Source: Isurus oxyrinchus
Lineage: Eukaryota
NCBI GenBank assembly: GCA_026770705.1
Contig: JANJGN010000016.1
Location: 86,738,001 to 86,802,000 of the forward strand
Reading direction: 5' to 3'
DNA length: 64,000 bases
In this document: positions 1 through 17,000 of the stretch, in pieces
Layout: each line of letters begins with the position of its first letter
How positions within the stretch are numbered: the stretch's first letter is position 1
Made by a program: the position numbers and the translations under genes
The notes under the pieces: generated by a model
Told to the model about the DNA's origin: nothing
The model's database searches: none
The model's input: only the letters and a program-made list of their open reading frames with translations

Positions 1-3000
1 AACCCCACCCCTGGCATCACCCACATCCTCACCCCCAGCAACACCCACACCCCCAACACTGGCATCACCCACCCACCCCCGGCCTCACCCACCATCTCAG
101 CCCCAGCATCACCCACCCTCTCACCCCTGGCATCACCCACACCCCCACCTCCGGCAACACTCACCACCACCAACACTGGCATCACATATCCCCTCCCCCC
201 TGGCTTCACCCAACTCCCCACAACACCGGCATCACCCACCACACCCACCCTCAGCATCACCCACCCCCTCACTGCCAGCAACACCCACTCCTCCAACACT
301 GGCATCACCCACTCCTGGCATCACCCAACACCCCCACCCTCAGCATCATCCACCTCCTCACCGCCAGATACACCCACCCCGCCAACACTGGAATCACCCA
401 CCTACCCCCCCCCCCCCCGACTCCCAGCATCAACCACATCACCACCACCACCGGCATCACCTACAACGCCCACCCCCACCCCTGTCATCACCCATCATCT
501 CATCCCCAGCAACACCTACACCCGCAACACTGGCATCACCCACCCACCCCACCCCCGACATAACTTATTGCCCCATTCCTGGCATCACTCACCCCCCCCC
601 ACATCTGGCATCACCCACCCAAAACCCCAAGCATCACCCACACCCTCACCCCCGGCATCACACACTCAGTCACACTCGACATCACCCGCCCCTCCAACCC
701 CAGCATTATCCACACCCTCACCCCCGGCATCACCCGCCCCTCCAACCCCGGCATAACCCACGGCTCCACACCTGGCATCACCCACCCACCCCCCAACCCA
801 CGGCATCACTCACCCCCTCATCCCTGGCATCACTCAAACCCCACCCCAACATCACCCGGACCCTCACTCCCGGCATCACACACCCCACCGCCCCCGGCAT
901 CACCCAACCCCGCACCCCCGACATTACCCAACACCCCATACCTGGCATCACACACCACCTCACCCCCGGCATCACACACCACCTCACCCCCGGCTTCACC
1001 ACCCCCCCCACCCCCGGCATCAGCCACCATCTCCCCCCGGCATCACCCACACCCGGCTTGACCCATCGCCCCATCCCCGGCATCACCAACCCCCCCAACC
1101 TCCGGCATCATTCACCCCCGGCAACACCCACCCACCCACCTCTGGCAACACCCACCACCACCAACACCGGCATCACATATCCCCTCTCTCCTGGCTTCAC
1201 CCAGCACCCCACAACCCTGGCATCACGCACCCTCAGCATCACCCACCCCCTCACCGCCAGCAACACCCATCCCCCAGCACTGGCATCACCCATCCCCAGC
1301 ATCACCCACCACCCCCACCTTCAGCATCACCCACCCCCTCACCGCCAGCAACACACATCCCCCCAACACTGGCATCACCCATCCCCAGCATCACCCACGC
1401 CACCCACCCCTGGCATCACCTAGCACTCCACCCACGGCATTATCCAGGCCCCCTTCCATGGCATCACCCAACCCCAACCACCGGCATCACCCACACCCCC
1501 ACCACTGGCATTACCCACTCCCCCACCCTCGGCATCAACCAACGCCCCTTACCCCCGGCATCACTCAACCACACCCATACCCACGGCACCACCCACCCCC
1601 TCAACCCCGGCATCACTCAAACACCCACCCCGGCATCACACAAATACTCACTCCCGGCATCACCCACCCACCCACCCATGGCATCACCTAGCACCCCACC
1701 CACGGCATTATCCAAGCCCCCACCCATGGCATCACCCAACCCCAACCACCGGCATCACCCACACCCCCATCACTGGCATTACCCACTCCACCACCCCCGG
1801 CATCACCCAGCCCCCCATCCTCGGCATCAACCAACACCCCTTATCCCCGGCATCACCCAACCACACCCCTACCCACGGCACCACCCACCCCCTCAACCCC
1901 GGCATCACTCAAACACCCACACCGGCATCACACAAACACTCACTCCCGGCATCACCCACCCAGCCACCCACGGCATCAACTAGCACCCCACCCACGGCAT
2001 TATCCAAGCCCCCACCCATGGCATCACCCAACCCCCACCCCCGTCATCACCGAACCCCCACCTCTGGCATCACCAACCGCACCCCCAACTCCCGGAATCA
2101 CCCACAGCACCACCACCGGCATCACACACTCCCCCACACCTGGCATCATCCAGGCCCCCATCCCTAGCATCAACCACCCCCCCACACCCGGCATCACCCA
2201 CACCCCCTACTCTGGCATCACCCACCCCCTTACGCCTGGTATCACCCACTCCCCCACCCCTGGCATCACCCAATCCTCACCCATGGTTCCCTCACCCCCA
2301 CCCCCAGCATCAGCCCCGGCATCACTCAAACACCCACCCCGGCATCACCCACACCCCCACCACTGGCATCACCCTGCCCCCCATCCCTGGCATCAACCAC
2401 CCCCCCACTACCGGCCTCACTCACCACCCTACCCCAGGCATCACCCAACTCCCCACCCCTGGCATCATCGGACCCCACCACCCCCGGCATCGCCCACCAC
2501 CCCTCACCCCTGGCATCACACAACACCCCAACCCCAACCCCATCCAACCCGAGCACCGCCCACTCGCCCACACCCAGCATCAACCAACCCCCCTCTACCC
2601 CTGGCATCACCCAAACACACCCCTACCCTCGTCATCACCCACCCCCTCAACCCCAGCATCACTCAAACCCCCACCCTGGCATCACACAAACACTCACTCC
2701 AGGCATCACCCACCCACCCACCCACGGCATCACCCACCCCCAAAACCCCAGCATCACCCAACCCCTCACCACCGGCATTACCCACACACCCATAGCCGCC
2801 ACACCACTCCCCTTACCTCCGGCATCACCAACCACCCCCCCAACTCCACTCCCAGCATCACCCACCCCACCAACCCTGGCAGCACCCAATCCCGGCATCA
2901 ATCACCCCCCTACACCCGGCATCACCCACCACCCCCACCCCCACCCTCAGCATCAGCCACCCTCTCACCCCAGCAACACTCACACACACAATCCTGGCAT

Positions 3001-3738
3001 CACCCAGCACCCCATCCACAGCATTAACCACGCCATCACGCCCGGCATTACACACCAACCCCCATCCACGGGTTCCTCACCCACCACCCCTGGCATCACC
3101 AACACCCCACTTCGGCATCAGCCACGACCCCACCCCCAGCATCACCCACCCCCTACCCCCAGCATCACCCACCATCCCCACCCCCAGCATAACATAATCC
3201 CTCACCCCCGACATCACACACCCCCCCACCCCCGGCCTCACCTATGCCCCCACACCCGGCATCACCCACCCCCCTACCCCTGGCATCACAATCCCCCTCA
3301 CTCCGGCATCATCCAACACCCCCACACACCCAGCATCACCCACATCCCATCCCCGGCATCAACCACTCCCCCACACACGGCAACACCCACACCCCCCACT
3401 CCGGGCATCACCCACCTCACCACCACCGGCATTACTCACAAGCCCTACCCCCAACCCCGGCATCACCAAAACACCCCACCCCCGGCATCACCCACACCAC
3501 TAACCCCGGTATCACACAACCACCCCCAACCCCAGCATCACCCACACCACCTTCTCCGGCATCACCAACCCCCCCACCTCCCGGCATCACACACACCAAC
3601 AGCCCCGGCATCAACCACACCCTCACCCCCGGCATCAGCCCACCCTCGGCATCACCCACCCTCTCACCCCCGACATCACCACCCCCCCACCCCCAGCATC
3701 ACCCACACCCTCCACCCCCGGCATCACTCACTCCCCCA

Positions 3739-6700
3739 CTCCCGCATCACCCACCACACCCCCATCCCCAGCATCATCCAACCCTCAACCGTGGCATCAC
3801 CCACCCCTGGCAACACACAAACCCCCTACTCCTGGCATCAACTATCACCCCCACCCCCGGCATCACACACCAACTCACCCCAGCCACACCCACAGCCCCA
3901 ACATTGGAATCACCCAACGCCCCACTCCTGGCATCACCCACCCCACCACCCCCGGCATCATTCACAAGCCCTACCCCCAACCCCGGCATCACCAAAACAC
4001 CCCACCCCCGGCATCACCCACACCACCAACCCCGGTATCACACAACCACCCCCAACACCGGCATCACCCACACCACCAACTCCGGCATCACCAACCCCCC
4101 CACCTCCCGGCATCACCCACACCAACAACCCCGGCATCAACCACACCCTCACCCCCGGCATCAGCCCACCCTCGGCATCACCCACCCTCTCACCCCCGAC
4201 ATCACCACCCCCCCACCCCCGGCATCACCCACACACACCACCGCCGGCATCAACCACCCCTCCACCCTCGCCATTACCCATCGCCCCACCCCTTGCATCA
4301 CCATCTTCCAGAATCACCAAACCCTCCAGGCACCGGCATCACCCACCCCCGGCATCACACATACCCCCAATCCCTGGCTTCACACAACACCCCACATCCC
4401 CGGCATCACACGCCCCCCTACTCCCGGCGTCCTCCACCCTACCCCACCCACACCCATCATCACCCACCTCTCCAACCCTGCCAACACCCACCCCCGGCAT
4501 CACCCACCATCCCCACACCCAGCATCACCCACCCCCTCACAGCCAGCAACACCGACACCACCAACCCTGCCATCACCCTGCCCTGGCATTACCCACCCCC
4601 TACCGTCGGCATCACCCAACCCCTCAACCTTGGCATCACCCAACCGCCCCCCCAATCCCTGACATCAACCACCCATCCAAACATGGCACCACCCACCCCC
4701 TCACCCCAGGCAACACCCACCACACCCATGCCCAACATCACACACCTTCTCAAGCCTGGCATCATCAAACACACCACCCCACCGGCATCACCAACTCCCC
4801 CACTCCCAGCATCACCCACCCCCCATCCCCAGCATCACCCAACCCCCAACCGTGGCATTGCCGACCCCTGGCATGACCCAGCACCCCTACCCCCGACATC
4901 ACCTATCACCCCGAACCCCGGCAACACCCACCCCTCACTCCCAGCAACAACTACACCCCCAATATTGGCATCACCCACCCCCCAACTCCAGGCATCACCC
5001 ACCCCAACACCCCCGGCATCACCCACAACCCCCACCCGCAGCCCGGCATCACCCACCCACCCAAACCCAGCATCACCCACACATCCTCCCCCAGCATCAC
5101 CCACGCCCCCACCCCCGGCATCACCCACACCCTCACCCCGGCATCACACACACCACCACTCCCGCATCACCCACCACACCCCCATCCCCAGCATCATCCA
5201 ACCCTCAACCGTGGCATCACCCACCCCTGGCAACACACAAACCCCCTACTCCTGGCATCAACTATCACCCCCACCCCCGGCATCACACACCAACTCACCC
5301 CAGCCACACCCACAGCCCCAACATTGGAATCACCCAACGCCCCACTCCTGGCATCACCCACCCCACCACCCCCGGCATCATTCACAAGCCCTACCCCCAA
5401 CCCCGGCATCACCAAAACACCCCACCCCCGGCATCACCCACACCACCAACCCCGGTATCACACAACCACCCCCAACACCGGCATCACCCACACCACCAAC
5501 TCCGGCATCACCAACCCCCCCACCTCCCGGCATCACCCACACCAACAACCCCGGCATCAACCACACCCTCACCCCCGGCATCAGCCCACCCTCGGCATCA
5601 CCCACCCTCTCACCCCCGACATCACCACCCCCCCACCCCCGGCATCACCCACACACACCACCGCCGGCATCAACCACCCCTCCACCCTCGCCATTACCCA
5701 TCGCCCCACCCCTTGCATCACCATCTTCCAGAATCACCAAACCCTCCAGGCACCGGCATCACCCACCCCCGGCATCACACATACCCCCAATCCCTGGCTT
5801 CACACAACACCCCACATCCCCGGCATCACACGCCCCCCTACTCCCGGCGTCCTCCACCCTACCCCACCCACACCCATCATCACCCACCTCTCCAACCCTG
5901 CCAACACCCACCCCCGGCATCACCCACCATCCCCACACCCAGCATCACCCACCCCCTCACAGCCAGCAACACCGACACCACCAACCCTGCCATCACCCTG
6001 CCCTGGCATTACCCACCCCCTACCGTCGGCATCACCCAACCCCTCAACCTTGGCATCACCCAACCGCCCCCCCAATCCCTGACATCAACCACCCATCCAA
6101 ACATGGCACCACCCACCCCCTCACCCCAGGCAACACCCACCACACCCATGCCCAACATCACACACCTTCTCAAGCCTGGCATCATCAAACACACCACCCC
6201 ACCGGCATCACCAACTCCCCCACTCCCAGCATCACCCACCCCCCATCCCCAGCATCACCCAACCCCCAACCGTGGCATTGCCGACCCCTGGCATGACCCA
6301 GCACCCCTACCCCCGACATCACCTATCACCCCGAACCCCGGCAACACCCACCCCTCACTCCCAGCAACAACTACACCCCCAATATTGGCATCACCCACCC
6401 CCCAACTCCAGGCATCACCCACCCCAACACCCCTGGCATCACCCACAACCCCCACCCGCAGCCCGGCATCACCCACCCACCCAAACCCAGCATCACCCAC
6501 ACATCCTCCCCCAGCATCACCCACGCCCCCACCCCCGGCATCACCCACACCCTCACCCCGGCATCACACACACCACCACTCCCGCATCACCCACCACACC
6601 CCCATCCCCAGCATCATCCAACCCTCAACCGTGGCATCACCCACCCCTGGCAACACACAAACCCCCTACTCCTGGCATCAACTATCACCCCCACCCCCGG

Positions 6701-8003
6701 CATCACACACCAACTCACCCCAGCCACACCCACAGCCCCAACATTGGAATCACCCAACGCCCCACTCCTGGCATCACCCACCCCACCACCCCCGGCATCA
6801 TTCACAAGCCCTACCCCCAACCCCGGCATCACCAAAACACCCCACCCCCGGCATCACCCACACCACCAACCCCGGTATCACACAACCACCCCCAACACCG
6901 GCATCACCCACACCACCAACTCCGGCATCACCAACCCCCCCACCTCCCGGCATCACCCACACCAACAACCCCGGCATCAACCACACCCTCACCCCCGGCA
7001 TCAGCCCACCCTCGGCATCACCCACCCTCTCACCCCCGACATCACCACCCCCCCACCCCCGGCATCACCCACACACACCACCGCCGGCATCAACCACCCC
7101 TCCACCCTCGCCATTACCCATCGCCCCACCCCTTGCATCACCATCTTCCAGAATCACCAAACCCTCCAGGCACCGGCATCACCCACCCCCGGCATCACAC
7201 ATACCCCCAATCCCTGGCTTCACACAACACCCCACATCCCCGGCATCACACGCCCCCCTACTCCCGGCGTCCTCCACCCTACCCCACCCACACCCATCAT
7301 CACCCACCTCTCCAACCCTGCCAACACCCACCCCCGGCATCACCCACCATCCCCACACCCAGCATCACCCACCCCCTCACAGCCAGCAACACCGACACCA
7401 CCAACCCTGCCATCACCCTGCCCTGGCATTACCCACCCCCTACCGTCGGCATCACCCAACCCCTCAACCTTGGCATCACCCAACCGCCCCCCCAATCCCT
7501 GACATCAACCACCCATCCAAACATGGCACCACCCACCCCCTCACCCCAGGCAACACCCACCACACCCATGCCCAACATCACACACCTTCTCAAGCCTGGC
7601 ATCATCAAACACACCACCCCACCGGCATCACCAACTCCCCCACTCCCAGCATCACCCACCCCCCATCCCCAGCATCACCCAACCCCCAACCGTGGCATTG
7701 CCGACCCCTGGCATGACCCAGCACCCCTACCCCCGACATCACCTATCACCCCGAACCCCGGCAACACCCACCCCTCACTCCCAGCAACAACTACACCCCC
7801 AATATTGGCATCACCCACCCCCCAACTCCAGGCATCACCCACCCCAACACCCCCGGCATCACCCACAACCCCCACCCGCAGCCCGGCATCACCCACCCAC
7901 CCAAACCCAGCATCACCCACACATCCTCCCCCAGCATCACCCACGCCCCCACCCCCGGCATCACCCACACCCTCACCCCGGCATCACACACACCACCACT
8001 CCC
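3739..8003. repeat. Higher-order repeat: three near-identical 1420-bp copies
   Basis: Identical ORFs recur at a 1420 offset (3774/5194/6614; 4589/6009/7429); only isolated substitutions seen (e.g. ccccggc vs ccctggc near 6434). Confidence 0.93.
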
Positions 8004-11000
8004 GGCATCACCCACCACTTCACCCCCGGTAGCACCCAACCCCTCACCCCCGACAATACCCTCCCCCCCCATACCCCTGGCATCACCCACAACCTCAACT
8101 CCGACATCACCTCCCCATTCCAACCCCCGGCATCACCCACACCCTCACCCCCGGTATCAGACAACCCTTTACCCCCAGCATCACCGCCCCCCACTGCTGA
8201 CATCACCTACTCCCCCAACCCCGGCATGACCCATCGCCCCACCCCCGGCATCACCAACCCCAATAATCCCTGGCACCATTCACCCCCGGCATCACTCACA
8301 CCTCCACCCCAGGCAACACCAACTACCCCCAACACTGGCATCACACACCCCCTCACTCCCAGCAAGAACTACACCCCCAAAATTAGCATCACCCACCCCC
8401 CATGCCCGGCATCACCCACAAACCCCACCCCCAACCCTGGCATCACCCACCCCTCCAACCCCGGCATCACCCACAACACCCATCCCCAACCCAGGCATCA
8501 CAACATCCACACCCCCAGCACCAGCCACAACCCCAACCCCGGCATCACCCACACCTTCAACCCCGGCATCACTCAAACCTTCAGCCCGGCATCATCCACC
8601 CTCTCACTCCCAGAATCACGCACCCTACCACCCATGGCATCACCGAATACCTCACCCCCGGCATCACCCAACCTCTCACCCCCGACACCACGACCCCCCC
8701 CCCAACCGCTGGCATCATCCAACCCTCCCACCGCAGGCATCACCAACTCCCCACGAACAGGCATGACTCATCGCCCCACCCCCGGCATCACCAACCCCCC
8801 CAATCCCCGGCATCACTCAAACCCAGCATCGTCCACACCCCCACCCCTGGCAACACCAACTACCACCACCCCCGGCATCACACAAGCCCTCACCCCTGGC
8901 TTCACCCAACATCCCAACCACTGTCACCACCCACCCCTCACTACCGGCGTCATCCACCCCATCCCCACCCCCAGCATCACCCAGCCCCCCCAATCCTGCC
9001 ATCACCCACCCCCGACATTACCCAAACCCCCATACCAGGCATCACCCACCCAATCATCCTCGGCATCAGCGCCCCACTCCAACCCCAGGCATCAACCCCC
9101 CCACCCACGGCATCATCCACCATCTCACCCATGATACCACCATCCCCCCCAACTCCGGCATCACCTGCCCCCACCACCAACGGAATCACCCACTCCCCCA
9201 TCCATGGCATGAATCATCGCCCCACCCCCTGAATCACTAACTCCCCAACACCCGGCATCACCCACCCCCTCACCACCGGCATTACCCACACCCCCCCCAT
9301 ACCCAGCATCACCACTCCCCCCACCCCGGCATCACTCACCCTACAAACTCTGGCCTCACCAACACCCCCAACCCCCGGCATCAGCCACGCCCAGCATCAC
9401 CCACCCCCCCACCACAGGCAACACCCACCACCTCCACCCCAAATATCACACATCTCCTCACCCCTGGCTTCACCAAACACACCAGCGGCATCACTCACTC
9501 CCCCACCCCCGCATCACCCACCACTCAACCGTGGCATCACACACCCCCGGCCTCACACAAACCCCCTACACCCGGCATCACATACCCACTCACCCCCAGC
9601 AACACCCACAACCCCAACATTGGAATCACCCAACCCCCCCACGCCCGGCATCACCCACCCCAACACCCTCGGAATCACCCACAACCCCCCACCCTCAACC
9701 TCGGCATCACCAACCCCCCCACCCCCGGCATCACCCACACCACCAACCCCGGCATCACCCAACCAGCCCCCAACCCCGGCATCACACAGCCACCCCACCA
9801 CCTCCGGCATCACCCAAAAACCCCACCCCCAACCCCGGCATCACCAAACCCCCCACCCCCGGCATCACCCACACCACCATCCCAGGCATCACCATCTGCC
9901 CCCATCCCCGGCATCACCCACACCACCAACCCCGGCATCACCCACCCCCTCACCCCTGGCATCACCCACAAAACCCACCCCCACCCCCGGCATCACCACA
10001 TCCCCACCCCTTGCACCACCCACAACCCCACCCCCGGCATCACCCACACCCTCAACCCCGGCATCACTCAAACCTCCAGCGCGGCATCACCCACTCTCTC
10101 ACTCCCGGAATCACCCACCCTACCACCCTCACCCCTGCCATTACCTCCCCTCCCACCCTCGGCATCACCCACGTCCCCCACCGCCAGCATCACCCACCCC
10201 TCCACCCTCACCATCACCCATCGCCCCACCCCCGGCATCACCAACCCCCGGCATCAACAAACCCTCCAGTCAGCGGCATGAGCCACCCCCGGCATCACAC
10301 ATCCCCCAACCCCTGGCTTCACCCAACACCCAACCTCCCCAGCAACACACACCCTCCCACTCCCCGTGTCATCCACCCCCCCCCACCCAAACCCATCATC
10401 AACCGCCCCTCCAACCCTGCCAACACCCACTCCCGGCATCACTCACCACCCGCACAACGAGCATCACCCACCCCTTCACCACCAGCAGCACCGACACCAC
10501 CAACCCTGCCATCACCCTGACCCGGCATTACTCCCTGGAATCATCCACCCCACCCCACACCCGCCAACATCCACCCGCTCATCTCCGGCATCAACCAACC
10601 CCACACCCGGCATCACACAGCCCCCTTCCTCCGGCATCACCCATCATGCTACACCCGGAATGCCCCACGGCCGCATCTCCGGCACCACACCCCCACCAAA
10701 CCGCTACCATGCACTCCCCCCCCCCCCAATTCCCGGCATCAACCACCCACTTACACCAGGCATCACCCAACTCCGAACCCTGGAATCACCCACCCCCAGC
10801 ATTACACACCCCCTAACCCATGGCAACAATCACCACACCCAAACCTGGCATCACTCACCCCACCACCACCGGTATCACCCACAACACCCACCCCCAACCC
10901 CGGCATCACCCACCCCCCCAACCCCGGCATCACTCACCCCACCACCACCGGCATCACCCACAACACCCACCCCCACCCCCGGCATCACACAATCCCCAGC

Positions 11001-14000
11001 CCTAGCACCACCCACAACCCCACCCCCGGCATCACCCACACCCTCAACCCCGGCATCAGTCAAACCTCCAGCCCGGCATCACCCACCCTCTCACTCCCGG
11101 AATCACCCACCCTACCACCCCGGCATCACCCACCTCCTCACCCCAGGCATCACCAAACCCCCATCCGCGGCATCACCCAACCCCCCCACCACCAGCATCA
11201 CCAGCCCTCCCCCACGCACAGTCATGACCCATCGCCCCACCCCCGGCATCACCAAACTCCTCAATCCCCGGCATCACCCACCCCCGGCATCACCCACACC
11301 CCCCACCCCCGGCAACAGCAACTACCACCACCCCCGGCATCACACACCCCATCAACCCTGGCTTCACCCAACATCCCAACCCCCGGCATCACCCACCCCC
11401 CACTCCCGGCGTCATCCACCCCATCCACACCCCTAGCATCACACATCCCCCCCAACCCTGCCATCACCCACCCCCGACATTACCCACCCCCCATACTTGG
11501 CATCACCCATCCCATCACCATCGACATCACCACCCCCCCCAACTCCAGCATCATCCGCACACCCCCCCCCCACCGCCGGAAGCACCCAACCCCCACCCAT
11601 GGCATGAACCATCGCCCCAGCCCCGGAATCACTAACTCCCCCAAACCCCCGCATCATCCATCCCCTCACGACCGGCATTATCCACCCCCCCATACCCAAA
11701 TTCACCAACGCCCCCCAACCCCCGGCATCCCCCACCCCCAGCATCACCCACCCCTCCACCCCAGGCATCACCAACTCCCCACGAACAGGCATGACTCATC
11801 GCCCCACCCCCGGCATCACCAACCCCCCCAATCCCCGGCATCACTCAAACCCAGCATCGTCCACACCCCCACCCCTGGCAACACCAACTACCACCACCCC
11901 CCGGCATCACACAAGCCCTCACCCCTGGCTTCACCCAACATCCCAACCACTGTCACCACCCACCCCTCACTTCCGGCGTCATCCACCCCACCCCCACCCC
12001 CAGCATCACCCAGCCCCCCCAATCCTGCCATCACCCACCCCCGACATTACCAACCCCCCATACCAGGCATCACCCACCCAATCATCCTCGGCATCAGCGC
12101 CCCACTCCAACCCCAGGCATCAACCCCCCCACCCACGGCATCATCCACCATCTCACCCATGATACCACCACCCCCCCCAACTCCGGCATCACCTGCCCCC
12201 CCCACCAACGGAATCACCCACTCCCCCATCCATGGCATGAATCATCGCCCCACCCCCTGAATCACTAACCCCCCCAACCCCCGGCATCACCCACCCCCTC
12301 ACCACCGGCATTACCCACCCCCCCCCATACCCAGCATCACCACTCCCCCCACCCCCGGCATCACTCACCCTACAAACTCTGGCCTCACCAACACCCCCAA
12401 CCCCCGGCATCAGCCACCCCCAGCATCACCCACCCCCTCACCCCAGACAACACCCACCACCTCCACCCCAAATATCACCACCCCCTCACACCTGTCATCA
12501 CCACCCCCACCCCCACCCACGCCCAGCATCACCCACCCCCTCACCGCCAGCAACGCCGACACCACCAACCCTGCTATCACCCTGCCCCGGCATTACCCAC
12601 CCCCTACCGCCCCCCGGAATCATCCACCCCACCCCACCCCCGCCATCATCCACCTGCCCATCCCTGGCATCACCCATCCCCGGCATTACACACCCCCTAA
12701 CCCATGGCAACTCCCACCAACCCCATCCCCATCAAAACCCACACCGCCAACACTGGCATCATCCACTCCCAGCATCACCCACCCCACCACCCCCCGGCAA
12801 CACCCAAAACCGCCACCACCACTCCCAGCATCACACACACCCCCTACACCGGCATTACCACCACTTCACGACCGGCATCACCCACTCCGCCAACACTGAC
12901 TTCACCCAAACCCCCACATCCGGCATTACCCACTCCTTCACCCCCAGCATCAACCTCACCCACCCTTGGCATCACCCACCCTCTCACCCCCGATATCACC
13001 ACCCCCTCACCCCTGGCATCACCACCACTCCCCCCACCCCCAGCATCACCCACATCCCCCCACCGCCGGCATCACCCACCCCTCCACACTCGCCATTGCC
13101 CCACACCCAGCATCACCCACCCCCGGCATCACACAACTCCTAACCCCTGGCTTCACCCAACACCCCACCTCCCCGGCATCACCCACACCCTCACCCCCAG
13201 CATCAACCCCACCCACCCTCGGCATCACCCACCCTCTCACCCCCGATATCACCACCCCCTCACCCCTGGCATCACCACCCCCCCCACCCACACCCAGCAT
13301 CACCCACCCCCTCACCGCCAGCAACGCCGACACCACCAACCCTGCTATCACCCTGCCCCGGCATTACCCACCCCCTACCGCCCCCCGGAATCATCCACCC
13401 CACCTCACCCCCACCATCATCCACCCGCCCATCTCCGGCATCAACCAACCCCACACCCAGCATCACACAGCCCCCACCCCTGGCATCACCCATCCCCGGC
13501 ATTACACACCCCCTAACCCATGGCAACTCCCACCAACCCCATCCCCATCAAAACCCACACCGCCAACACTGGCATCATCCACTCCCAGCATCACCCACCC
13601 CACCACCCCCGGCAACACCCAAAACCGCCACCACCACTCCCAGCATCACACACACCCCCTACACCGGCATTACCACCACTTCACGACCGGCATCACCCAC
13701 TCCGCCAACACTGACTTCACCCAAACCCCCACATCCGGCATTACCCACTCCTTCACCCACAGCATCACCCAACCCCAACCATGGGTCCCTCACCCCCTCC
13801 CCCAGTATCAGCCAATACCCACCCGTGGCATCACCCAACCCCCACCACCGGCATCATCAACACTCCCACCTCTGGCAGTTCCCACTTCCGCACCCCCGGC
13901 ATCACCCAGGCCCCCATCCCAGGCATCAACCACCCCCCACCCCCGGCATCACCCACCCACTACCCCAGGCGTCACCCACTCCCACAACCCCGGCATCACA

Positions 14001-17000
14001 CATCCCCTCACCACTGGCATCACCCAACCCCCCCCCCCACCCCCAGCATTACCTATTCCCCCACCCCGGCATCACCCACCATTCCAACCCCAGCATCAAA
14101 CACTCCCCTACCCCAGGCATCATCCACCCACTCACCCATGGCACCACCAAACCCCCGCCCCCCGACATCACCTATTCCTCCACCCCCAGCATCACCCACC
14201 CCCCCCACCCACGGCATCACCCACCTTCCCACACCTGGAATCACCCAACCCACAACCCTGGCATCACCCACCCCCCTACCCCAGGCATCACACTCACCCA
14301 CACCCCCAGCATCACCCACACCCCAGCCCCGGCATCAACCAACCCCCACACCCGGCATCTTCCACTTCCCCAACAACGGCATCACCCACCCCACGAACCA
14401 CCGGCATCACCCCCACCCCTAACCCCGGTATCACCTGCCCCCTCACCCCCAGCAACACCCACACAACCAACACTGGCATCAACCACCCCCGGCATCACCC
14501 ACAACCCCCACCCCCACTCATGGCATCACCCACTACCCCCTACCCCGGCATCACCCACTCCCCCACCCCCGGCATCACCCAGAACCACCACCTCCGGCAT
14601 TATCCACTCCCTCACACCCAGCATCCACCAACCCCCCCACCCATGGGCCCTCATCCCCCACCCCCAGCATCAGCCAACCGCCACGTGCAGTATCACCCAA
14701 CACCCAGCACCAGCATCACCAACACCCCCACCTTTGGCATTACTCACTCCCTGACCCCCAGCATCACCCAGGCCCCCATCCCAGGCATCAACCACCCACC
14801 CAACCACTGGCATCACCCACCCCCTACCTCAGGCGTCACCCACGCCCACAAACCTGGCATCACTTATTCCCCCAACCTCGGCATGGACCACCATCCCACC
14901 CCCCGCATCACCCATCCCCTACCCCAGGCATCACCCACCCCCTCACCCCCGGCACCAGACAACCCCCCCCCCACACCCAACATCACCGATTCCCCCACCC
15001 CTGGCATTATCCACATCCCCAACCCTGGCATCACCCACATCCCCCACTCCGGGTATCACCCACCCCACCACCCCCAGCAACACCCACACCGCCAACACTA
15101 GCACCACCACCCCTGGCATCACCCACCATCCCCACCCCAACTCCCAGCATCACCCACAATCCCTAGCCCGGCATCACCACCCCCACACGCCCGGCATCAT
15201 CCTCTCCCCAACCCTTGGCATCTCCCAGCCCCCCACATGCGGCATTACCCACTCCCTCATCCTCAGTGTCACCCAACCCCCATACCCATGGGTCCCTCAC
15301 CCCCACTCCCGGCATCAGCCAAACCCCACGCGCGGCGTCACCCACTACCCCACCCCTGGCATCAGCCAACCCCCACCCCCGGCATCACCCAACCACCACC
15401 ACCGGCAACACCCACACGCCCAGCTCTGTCAATACCCATTCCCCCACCCCTGGCATAACCCAGGCTCCCATCCCAGCCATCAACCACCCCCCTAACTCCG
15501 GCATCACCCACCCCCTCACCCCTGGCATCAGCCACCACCCCACCCCCTGCGCCTCCCACCCCCCCCCACCACCGGCATTACCCACCCCCATCCAGACACG
15601 GCATCACCCATGCTCCCACCCCCAACATAACCAACCCCCCCACCCCCAGCATCACCCAACCCCCAACCCAGGCATCACCCACCACCACAAACAACCGGCA
15701 TCACCCACAACCACACCCCCGGCATCAACCAGCTTCCCAACCCCGGCATCACCTTTCCCCTCACCCCCAGCAATGCCCACACCCCCAACTCTGGCATCAT
15801 CCACAGCTCCTACACTGGGCATTACCCACACAACCACCCCGGCATCACCCACCGTGCCCTCCCCCAGTAACACCCACACCGCCAACATTGGCATCAACCA
15901 CTCCTGGCATCACCCACACCACCACCCCCGGCATCACCCACAACTCCCATCCCCACTCTTGGCATCACCCACACCACCTGTCCCTGCAGCACCAGCCCCT
16001 CACGCCCGGCTTCAACCCCTCCCTCACCCCCGGCATCACCCAGCCCCCCACCTCCGGCATTACCCACTCCCTCACCGCCAACATCACCCATGCTCCCACC
16101 CATGGGTCCCTCATCCCCCAACCCCGGCATCAGCCAAGCCCCACCCGCGGCATCACCCACCACCCGACCCCAGGCATCAGCCAAACCCCACCCCCGGGAT
16201 CACCCAACCCCCAGCACCGGCATCACCCTCAGCCCCAAATCTGGCATTACCTACTCCCCGACCCCCGGCATCACCCAGGCCCCCATCCCAGGCATAAACC
16301 ACCCCCCGGCACCCAGCATCACCCACCCCCTACCCCAGTAGTCACCCACGCCCATCACCCCAGCACCACCCACCGCCCCATAACCAGCATCACCACTCCC
16401 CCCACCCCCAGCATCACCACCCCCCCAGCACTGGCATCACCAACCCCCCCCAACCCACCCACCCCCAGCATCACCCACCCTCCCACTCCAGGCAAAACCC
16501 ACCACCCCACCCCCAATATCACACACCTCCTCAGCCCTGGCTTCACCAAACACCCAATCTAACCGGCATCACCAACTCCACAACTCCTGCATCACCCACA
16601 CCCCCCCTACACCTGGCATCACCTATCACTCCCAACCCCGGCATCACACACCCCCTCACCCCCAGCAACACCCACACCCCCAACATTGGCATCAAAATCC
16701 ACCCCACTCCTGGCTAACCCACCCCACCACTCCCGGCATCACCCACAACCCCCACCCCAACCCCGGCATCACCCACCCCCCAACCCCGGCATTACCTACT
16801 TCCCCAGCCCCCGGCATCACACACATCTCCAACCCTGGCATCACACAGCCCCTCAACCCTGGTACCACCAAACCCCCCCACTCCCGACATCATCTATTCC
16901 CCCAGCCCTGGCATCACCCAACCCCTCCACCTCCGGCATCACCCACCACCTCAACCCCAGCATCACCAATCACATCACCCCCGGCATCAACCACACCCCC

